NCBI GenBank assembly: GCA_040954595.2
Contig: CM082589.2
Span: forward strand, 6,197,186-6,261,185
Length of the DNA stretch: 64,000 bases
Direction of reading: 5' to 3'
DNA from: Balanoglossus misakiensis
Lineage: Eukaryota > Animalia > Hemichordata
The position numbers were made by a program, and so were the translations under genes. Positions 53,634 to 64,000 of the stretch are shown here, one piece after another (the stretch's first letter is position 1; every line of letters starts with the position of its first letter). The notes under the pieces are model-generated. The model worked only from the letters and a program-made list of their open reading frames with translations, was not told the DNA's origin and made no database searches.

Positions 53634-54185
53634 TCTCATTGGTCGTCATTATTCAGAATGTGTTTGATTTAAGCCATTTTTTAAATTTTCAACCGCAGAT
53701 CTGAACATAGTATCGATCAACGCGCTTCTGCCGGTTTTGCGATGGTGACCTCCGCAGGCCAAGTGTCGATGCTGACGAAACCCGCTTCAAGAACAACAAC
53801 CAAGTGTGTCCATGGCGCCGCTCAGAAGGAATACGCGTGTTCTTTCGTTTACGGACTCTGGAGCTACGACAGCGACGCCCTGGAGCTGATGATCGGAGAC
53901 AATCCCGTAGACACCAAACTGTACGCCGAAAATCTCAACTACGAGTTGGTCAATTCAACGGCCGAGAGGAAAAAGACGCGCCATACGGACAATCCAGACA
54001 TCGTGAACAACGAACTGGTGTTTACAGTCACTTTGAAGACGAATGCGATGACGTCACACGGTGGCCCGTGTGTCCAGGCCGTCGTTAGCTCTGCCCAGCG
54101 TCTTCCACGTTCTTCCCAGCTCGCGTTCACGCTAGTATTACTTTCCCTTCTAAGCATGGTTATCCCGCGTCGCTTCATGGACTGA
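51564..54185 (+). CDS. Pore-less Cys-loop (nAChR/AChBP-like) ligand-binding-domain protein with a C-terminal GPI-like signal, about 282 aa
   Basis: Exons 51564-51624 (signal peptide), 52938-53083 (RLFNTLLVNHHKLIYP..PVQVEMSLVLSRVVDL), 53267-53305 (EKDMLTMETYKRY), 53464-53579 (TWKDRRFMWDPQNY..IHLPVDDMWNPD..IRLYY), 53699-54185 (C-x10-C, YGLWSYD, ELVFTVTLK, hydrophobic tail, stop). 849 nt, all GT-AG, phases 1/0/0/2. AATAAA at 54486. Confidence 0.88.
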
Positions 54186-57100
54186 TGTACCTGTGTAGAC
54201 AGTGACATGCAGTGGAATGACCTACCCATGTTAATAGGCTAGCTAGCGAGTAATATAGTGTACATTGAACTGAACTGACAAAAAACGCAAATCGTGAACC
54301 TTTTTGACAGAAAGATAATAATTGATATCAATACAGAACACAAAAATGACACTGGCGTACGAATTCCGACAAGATGATTATTTTCTTCGTTTTTCAAAGT
54401 TAATTTCTGTCAAAAAACACGATTAAGAACCGAATAATTTTTCACTAACATCAGCCAAAACCTACATTCTTATGTGAGATTAATCAATAAAGAATTTTTT
54501 TCCTGCTGGGTTTATTAATCGAGACTTTTTCAATATGTTTAGTCATTTGAGTTATAGATGTAACACAAAATGCGCATGTTTTAGTTAAGTTTGTGTGTTT
54601 TATGAGTAGAATAATAGTAAACATATATTTTAAGTGGAATTTTTGTTTTTATCAGGACGTTTATGTAGCACAAAGGAAAAACACCATTAACCTTATAAAG
54701 GCCATTTGTAAAAGGGGCGTACATGTTCCATTGAAGACTAAAGGCGATGACACAAAAATTTCCTCATTTTCATTGCAGATGTGTGGTTTATAGAATGATT
54801 AAAAGTTGCATGATGATTATTGGCGTTGTTCTCACTTTGTTTGTTGCATTAGTGCATTTTCTGACACCATGAAGTATCATTCGATGAAGATGTATGTTCA
54901 CACGCCACGTTTCGTTTTTTTTTTCTCGATGTAATTTATTAATGTGTGATGGGATACGTGATGAACCCTTATAAATGATGAATTAGTAAAATGTCTCAGA
55001 AATCTATATTAAACCATTTACACACACGAGCGGGATGATTAGAACATTAATCATTAGCTTCAGAGAAGAAATTAATGATAATAACAAAACACATCGATTG
55101 ATAAAATATTAATCGTTGTGTTGTCGACCCAATTTGCAACTGAGAAACATTACTCATTATATGTGAGAAATATTTTGAGATACTGATACATGCACGCCAA
55201 ATGCAAGTAACTTGGGTTGTTTTGTTTAAGCAACGACGATGCAATCGGCTGTACACGCGCAATAACTTATAGACAGCGACATCCACTCTCAAAGTCAAAT
55301 TCGCATGGAGGACAGTATACCATTATTTTGCCGTAAAACGAACCCAATTTCCGGTTTTGACTAAAAGTACCCACCCATCAAAGTAAATATTCGGCTTAAT
55401 GGAAATGAATGGTTTGTAGGACTTGACGCCATCTGCGAATAAGGAATGTGGATTTGAAAAAAAGTGTGCAGGTAACATGCAGGGCCACCTTAAACCCGAG
55501 GTACCATTCATCTCCCAACAACCCCTGGTCGTTCTTCACATACAAAGGCTATACTTTCAAACGGAGTACTGGCGGTTGAGCATACCGGAATAGGGTAAAA
55601 TTTCTTGTAGTTAATCCAATGTAAAATGAACAAAAAAGTAGATTGCATAGTGAGAACTCAATGTAAGCTATATTCTCTGCATGCGTGTGTAACGGGATTA
55701 AAATGCTATTACATACTGCAGTACTTAATCCCTGGGTTGATCACATTAGTGAAACGTCGATGAAAACATTTCATGCGAACTTCGCCTCGCTTGTGTTCCA
55801 TATTTGTACTCTGTTGCTATTTATTAAACATTTCAATTCTTCGAGATATTAAAGTGTGTGAGGACTCTGTTTGAAAACAAATATGAAACCACAATGTTTA
55901 CCGTCTTGTTTTAATAAAAATCACTACTTTATTGTTTGTCCATAGAGTTTACACTGGATTTAACCATAGACAGTAGAGTATTGTCTATGATTTAACCAAT
56001 TCTTACGATACACATTGGCTATTGACATCAGCTTATGGTGCGCCATCTTTATATCCATGTCGTCAATGTCTGTGAACTTTGGTATATACGTTTCTTTCTA
56101 AGAAAGCCTCGAACACCTCCACGAAAAAAGTAAAGCCCTTTGCGAGAGTAGGATTAAATTTCAATAAGTTTAGTGGATATAAAAACTCTTGCGACGGCTA
56201 ATCTGGCCTCTCTGTTTGATTGATGAGATTAAACATGTGAAGTGCTGTAGTCTTAATAAACGGAATTTGGAGCCGTGACATCCCAGCTTAGTCCATTTAC
56301 ACAATTCTTCGTCTCTAGTCGCGCCCAATGTTCTAAACCAACGTCTTATTTTCCGCCACCTCTTTTCTCAGATGCTTTTTTCAAGGTTGAGGTTTACACA
56401 CACTATGTTTTCGCATCTTCCCAGTCTGCAAGTATCTAATACTGATGCGAAAGTTGGTTAATTATGTTGCTCCACTAGAATATGCGCGTTGGTAAAAATG
56501 ATTGGTGGTACAAGTCCCCGAACTTCATTGATTCAACTTCGGCTCTGGTCCAACGCAAATCTAAAGGGCGCCACCAGTGCGATTCCCTCATGTATTGAAA
56601 CGACACTGCGTGGAAAAGAGTAAAGTAAACTTTTTTGATTTCTTGTCACAATAATCATAACTTGATCAGTTGTCTACACAGTATCAACATTTCTGTCCAT
56701 TGTTAGACGACAAGGCTGTGATGGTAACTTAAAATTGCCTCAAACCAAAAGATTTTCTAATGTACATGTATATAATGAACAAACTTCACCGGGGTATACC
56801 GTGGCCAATACACACAGCCACATCCTCTTTACATGAACAGCATTTTCATGGGTTGAGTTCCCGTCTCCGTCTCTTCGGCTTCAACTGCGACAAGCTTAGT
56901 TTTCCCGCAATCCAGCGCGTAAAGCCCGCATGTCAAATTAATGAGCCATGGGGCTTTAAAATGTATATGATGAAGACGAATGCGCGACTGAGATTGATGA
57001 GCCGTGTTGAAAGGGTGGCACTGCCGAGCGCCGAGAAAGGCTTCTTATCCCGCCGCCTAATGGCCCTTCGTCTAAAAATAAAAGCGAGAAAAACGCGCAG

Positions 57101-57294
57101 GTGCCATTAATAACAAAAGGTCGCATTAAAACACTGTCCGCGGGACTTACGCAAAATTAATGACCCACAAATAATCCGAATTGAGCCGATCGGGGATATG
57201 GTTGCCAAAGATGGATGTGAATGCCGGCTGTTACCATTTGGCGTAATTGGTATACTCTGTAGGCTAAAGGGTCTTAATTGCCACAAATATCTGA

Positions 57295-57790
<496 letters not shown>

Positions 57791-60700
57791 GGAGTAGAGA
57801 TTCGTTGGTGAAGTAGGGGTTAAAATGGCCACACGCAACGATTACTTCTACATATAATAATCAATTATACCATGCTATGCAACGGCCACAAATAGCATAT
57901 GTCAATAATACATCTACCTTTCTCTGACGTGTTCCATATACATGTACGTAATTAATTTCATAGTTTAATTACCCAACGTTGCGTGTTGTACAAGTTGCAA
58001 AGTGTACCGCCCCGCCATCAAAAGAAATCCCCGCGGAATTCTATTTGAAAAACACAAATTTACACTAAACAATATTTTGCTCCCCTATATCACGACGGTA
58101 CTTGTTATTACTCCAGTCAGTTTTTATAAAGAGCAAGTTATTAATGGTTCAGGTGTCTTTGTTTCACCTTGCTTCATTAATGATGAGTTTTCCCAGTGCG
58201 TGACTATCGTGGGAGTGACGTTCTATGCAAACAAAACACGTCATGATAATGTCTATCGATATTTATGTTTCACCTATACTAATAGTGCTCTTACAATTGT
58301 TAATACGCTGCCTATGAAAACGGACAGCTGAGACGTAAATTGTGTTCAATGAAAAATGTATGACACTGTTGATAGTGACGTGAATATGATCAGTTGGTAT
58401 ATGTGTATGGTGGGTAGCCCCGCCTCAAGGTAAATGGAAAAAGGATAGAGCATTTTACGTGTAAGAAAATGCAATAAAACAATGAAAACTAGCAAAGAAA
58501 GGAATCATCGTAAAATATCCAAAACAGAGATATTCGAGGTTCAAGATACATGTGACTGAATCCTTAATCTTTCCTGGCGCAAAATTAAACTGGTGACATA
58601 TTGAGTGTTTTAGCCAATAATGACAATATCAGATAGTAGTCTTCAAGTCAATAAAAACGGACGCTAATGGTAGCGCATTTAGTCACGTTCACACAGAAGG
58701 CCTTGCAAACGCGGTAACGATTACAGTATTACGAAGGTTTCGATTAGAACTTGACTATTCAGGTGGGACGATCACTTGGGTCATAATTTGATACCAATTT
58801 ATAGGCGTCCCTTCATTCGATAATCGCTATTTTAATGCATCGACTTCTTTTATTACTCTCGCTACAGGAATTGCTAGCTTCGAATTTCTTCGTTAATTGC
58901 CTTCTTTGAGGTCCGGGCACACATACATTGTCCACCCCGCGCGTATAAAAGTCGTCATCGTCTCCAAATAAATGGCGACAATTACGTCCCCATTATCGAG
59001 TCTACATCCTACTCCTAATGGAGATTATTGCAATGGATCACCGCTCTAAGAAGCGTGTCACTGAAGGGTTAGAAAGGTCGTAAAATGTCGCAAAGGGAGA
59101 ACCACCGGTCTGCGCAAAGTTGAAAACTGACGTAAACGTACTGAATGCGCATGTGCACGCAAGTGACAATAATTTGTAAAATGCTGGTGCCGCTCTTGCA
59201 TCATGGGTAGTGGAGATAAGTTATTGCCTTCCCCAGGAAATTTTATACTCCATCTTGCGAGGCCATTACGACGTGACGTATAGCCAGTAACCACAGCCAG
59301 TCCACCTGGCACCAGACGTGTCCTCGCTATGCACTGAAAATGGGTCTTCTCGAAACTTTGAACAATAGGCTTATAAAGTAATGGGGTTTACGGTGATATA
59401 TACACCGAATGTTTTTGTTGCCACAAAACAAAACAGTAAATCAAATGATGTAATTTTAATGTAGAATTAGGAAATACGATTGACTACAGGCTAGAAATGA
59501 ATAATCCAAATATTCTTTTATGTCTTTGTTCTGTTCGGTTACAATATGTGCATTTTTCAATAACTAGTTTATTCAGTCTTTAATTTGTCACGGAAACCGA
59601 TGTTTTATTTATCAGGCTATCTTTTCAGCTTAGATATTACTTGTGACGTAGAAAGATCACTTTGGTATGCTATACTCGTCTGGAGATGGGCATAAAAGTA
59701 ATGAAATTTCGCTTGCAGAGAGACGTCCATGTTTAAGATTCCATAGGTTCTCACGAAAGCAGTATTTTTCATTAAAAATGATTAATCTTCCCAAATGTCA
59801 CCCACCACTGACTGTTAGTCTCCTAGTTAGTTTTTTTCCGCTTTGTCAACAATTTCCTAATTCTGTTGGCATGGTGTGCTCCTGCACTGGCCTAAGATAT
59901 CAAAATGTCCTTCGAAGTCCGCACAGAACAAAAAAAGACCGATCTGCTGAGCAGCTTTGATGGTCGTGTGGTCGATGTGCATTTCTGAGTAGGATTTGTG
60001 ATGAATAACTACATTGGTTTTACGTAACGAAGAGATCACAAGTAATGGATGCCCCCATAAGAACAGCGCACGACGCACTTTTCGAACTCGTGGGTAATGT
60101 AGAGATACACTCTGTTTCCCATAATCCTCCATTCTCGTACACGCGCTATCTAAAATGCTGCGCTCGCTATAATAAACAAGACACCTATCAGTAACGATGG
60201 TACAGAATTTTGATGGAAACTATCAAGCTCTATTTTCCAGGAAGCCAACGTTTCTTCCTCCAATCTCCCAACCGAGGATGTCATGTGACCCTTGGCGGGG
60301 GTCCTCGATCAACTTGTTTACGTTCATGCGCTCAACCTGATTTCCCGCGCTTTCACAATAAATTTAGCCACCGGAAGTAAATCACTTACTGGCAAAACGG
60401 GCAAATTCGATTATGGGCCCCTTTCAGCTGCGTATTCAGGCAAATTTTATCGTTCGGGCAGTAAGTTCAAGTCGGACAGTATTCCATTGTGCCGATTAGA
60501 AACCTACATCCGGTTCCGCAAAAGAACCGGATGTGTGGGTAAATGGCCCAACTCAAATTTTTCATTCGATTGTTACCCCCTTTTAAGTAATAAATTAAAT
60601 AAACTTACAAAACAACGCGTCTTCTGCTTTTCGAATGACGTTGGGTTCGGGTGCACTATTACAGTGTACAAAAGCAACCAAAAGCCTAACTCCAAAGTCG

Positions 60701-62454
60701 TACGTCACACGACACCATTCTCCAACCTGCGCAGGTCAAATTCTTTTCTGTAAGTTTCGGGGAAATGTAACGTCACTGTACTATGGCAAATACTCCTCAT
60801 GTCAATTGATCAGTCAGTCAGTCAGTCAGTCAGTCAGTCAGTCAATAGAAATAAACGGGATACACTTGTGATGTTGGTGCTTCCATCGATCAGCACAGCT
60901 GAATTAGATCATGCGAGGTGTTTAAGTTAGCAGAGAACGAGCCAGTGTGACTAAAAGGTGAGGAAATGAAATGCCAACATGTGAACGAAGACTGCTACTT
61001 GAAAAATGTTAGCTTTCAAGGAATTAGTGATATGAGTGATATCGCGTATTGGATGTGAACGTGTTCGCCTTATAAATGGCCCCAGTGAAATGAATACTGT
61101 GATTGCCTATACAATACAATGTGGTTTCAGAAATGGCGGGGGGGGGGGACAGACGCCAATCGCTATTGCCGGGTTCGGTAACGAGATGAGACTTGGCAAC
61201 CTTTACTGAAATTAGAAGGTTATTGAACATCAATAGAATTGGAATTGTTATTCTATACCTAAACCCCAGTGTTTTCGAATTTGAATAGATGTGCAGATTC
61301 GAAGTGCGTGTGTTTATTCTTTTCGTTCGAAATTGTTTTAGAAATTATGAATAAGGGACAGCGTCTTACAATGTACCCTGTTTCATCTAACGTGTCGTTA
61401 AACTTGTAATATAAAATGGGAAGTGTCTTGGATAATGTTCGGGTGTAATTTAAACTAGAAGGAAAACCAGCCTTTGACATCACATATACGAATCTATACC
61501 AGATTGTTTCTTTGTATTAAAATTATTCCACGTAGACGATTCGTTCAGGGCGACATGGCACTGATATTCAGAGGGAAATTAATTCCTTAGATTGCAATAA
61601 TCCGGAGCGCGGTGAACTTTAAAATACAATCTCTCTTTAATAAGCTTTTGACGTGGACCGAACGCGTGTTGATCGAATACCTACACGGTTTCTGCTGAAC
61701 TGGATTGGGTTGCCCTCGACAGAATTCGTCTACGCTACCTTCGCCCTTGTTTTGTTAACATGACATCAACACAGAGATCCAATGTTGTTGGATTAAGAGC
61801 TTGTCTTTATACCGTGCAACAACAATTCATAGCCGCTTCTAAAACTAACATTTACTGTAAAGGTTTCATTAACGACCGAATCCCCCGTCTGCCAATCAGG
61901 ATTCATGTGAGAGATGGAGTAAACAGGCCAAGCCATATAAAATTAACGTTGTACGGCTCGCCATGTATTTAGGATTTACGATCGTTTTACGATCGTCTAC
62001 GATGGTATGAAATTATTAACCAATATGCGTCGGATAGGAGATTTAATTTCGCCTCTGAGTAGTAAAGTATCGCCAGCCTAATATTCCGTGCAAGTTAACG
62101 TCCACAATTGGCTAATATATCGTTAAGCATCACGAGACGAAAATTGGAATTCTCTAATATCAGTGAAAGAACAAATTTTCATTAAATCTGTTATATTTAC
62201 CTTTGCTTTGTCTTGGGCTAGGTCACCGCGTGCTTTGTGCACCAAAGGCTACCGCCATGGTAATGCTATCATGTAATTTATTTTGACTTCTAATATTGTT
62301 AAGTCCCCGGGTAATTTTTGAGAATAAATCACTTTTTTGACATTACAAATATGCCGTGTCGACTGAGCAGCTTCTGTTGCGCGAAATAATCTGATATAAA
62401 TTCTGATTTCTTCGCCAGGTTTGTTGGGTTATAAATCATGGAGTGTTTACGATG

Positions 62455-62512
62455 AACAAACAAACAAACAAACAAACAAACAAACAAACAAACAAACAAA
62501 CAAACAAACAAA
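62455..62512. repeat. (AAAC)n microsatellite
   Basis: Direct reading. Confidence 0.95.
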
Positions 62513-63234
62513 ACCTAAAAAGCATGATATCGATAGACGTGAGAATATATCCGATATGTTGAATAGAGTCTTGAAAAACATAGTACACTGTAGTACATAT
62601 CCTCTACATTATCGAATCCCGTCGTTGTATACTTTAAACCTTCGTCATCGCTTTAACCTTCACATAATTTGATTTCCAGTACAGTGACACAAGCTAATTT
62701 TAATTTTGAACGGAAAACACCGCTATAGCGCGAAAGGATATTACCACGGTGTTAATATTAAGGATTTCGGTGCAATTTTCCCTCATATCCGCCAGCAAAC
62801 TCCAGGACTGTATTTGTCAAATATCTGATATGATTAAACTATACACGTGTTTTGTCACACTTTTTCCTATACAGAGCAAGACAATAGCGGGTATAGGAGG
62901 TTCCATCGATCCGATTAATTACTTTAAGGTAATACGCGTCTCGAAAATCAAATTCTGCAAGTTTTTCTCATATATTCCTCAATGCAACTTTACCACTCGT
63001 CTCATAATAGTAAATTGCAATAGCAATAAACTTGAACAAGGTTCATTGCAATAAACATTGCAATGAACAAAAGCACCGTCATCGTGTGTATTTATGTCAA
63101 TCTGGTGTCATTCGGATTTTCTCATCTCTTCGGTGAGAGGGTTAAGTTTAAATCCCAAGATCGATTGCCTATAAAACACTGTAGTCAGTAGGCAACGGTA
63201 TTATTGTCGTTTGCACATGTGTATATATCATAGG

Positions 63235-63517
63235 ATATTGTGAGACTGTAAATTAGCATTTCAAAAGACATTAACGCTTATTTGTGCGCCCTTTATAATT
63301 TGCATATTAGCCCTCGACATCTGTACCTGAATATAAAAGCTAGAGCACGTTTGGAGTGAATTGCCACTCTACAACATATTGTAAGACTGTAAATTTGCAT
63401 CTCAAAAGACATTACCCTCTTATTTGTTGGCCCTTTATAATTTGCATATTAGTCCTCAACATCTGTACCTGAATATAAAAACTAGAGCACGTTTGGAGTG
63501 AGTTGCCACTCCACAAC
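63235..63517. repeat. Tandem duplication of about 141 bp (2 copies)
   Basis: atattgt.agactgtaaatt.gcat..ctagagcacgtttggagtga.ttgccact..acaac starts at 63235 and 63376. Confidence 0.92.
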
Positions 63518-64000
63518 TCTGACCCGTCTGAGGTTGTGTGTCTTACAATACTAGTCTCATAAGGCCTTTTCCCTGCGAACTACCACCGCCGATGCTTTTA
63601 ATCAAACACCTAGGTGGGCTTAGGATTCATACGTGTATATCTGAACTGCGAAAAGAAGAGTTTAAGTTGGAGAAGATCGCATGGAACACACGGGCACGTG
63701 TAGTCTGCGCATGAGTTTTGGAGGACAGGAAATCAACGGTGCTCACTTGGGACTTCAGGTACCGCCGGATAGTGGCCGTAAGTACTCGCTTGTTATTCGG
63801 TGACAGTTCTAGAGTACAAGATTTCTTGCATGACAACACAAGTCTACTTAATATCATTTTGTTCTCGGTCTGGTAAAAGTTCAAACGGAAAACACTGAAA
63901 GTGAAACCTTGGAAAGATTTCAATTGTACAGCAAAATAAGTATACGTAATATATGAACGAACAGATATGGTCTGATGACGTCAGTCACAAAGTCGTGTGC

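Noticed and set aside
60410-60552. Small element with an 11-bp hairpin (60506-60534) and GGCC-like ends
   Set aside because: The terminal repeats are too degenerate to call an element, and a terminator interpretation is not relevant in a eukaryote.
63680-63783. Short ATG-initiated stretch ending in a GTAAGT donor
   Set aside because: There is no recognisable protein motif and no downstream exon in the window.

Overview
Intron-containing eukaryotic DNA. The gene content and repeats suggest a marine invertebrate, possibly a deuterostome such as a hemichordate, but the taxon is inferred only. Splicing by hand (GT-AG, phase-checked) gives 11 protein-coding genes. On the minus strand (0-11 kb) are an SRCR-WSC-CUB protein running off the left edge, a 2xEGF type I receptor with a tyrosine-motif-repeat tail, and an SLC16/MCT transporter. 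On the plus strand are a tandem array of four C-type lectin/mucin-stalk type I receptors (14-40 kb), two Golgi-type sulfotransferases plus a pseudogenic 5' fragment, a histamine N-methyltransferase-like gene, and a five-exon Cys-loop ligand-binding-domain gene with no channel pore and a GPI-like C-terminus. The last gene is mostly invisible in the ORF track and is the strongest novelty candidate. The remainder is microsatellites, MITE-like elements, a LINE relic and about 10 kb of apparently non-coding DNA. No database searches were run, so family calls rest on recognised motifs.
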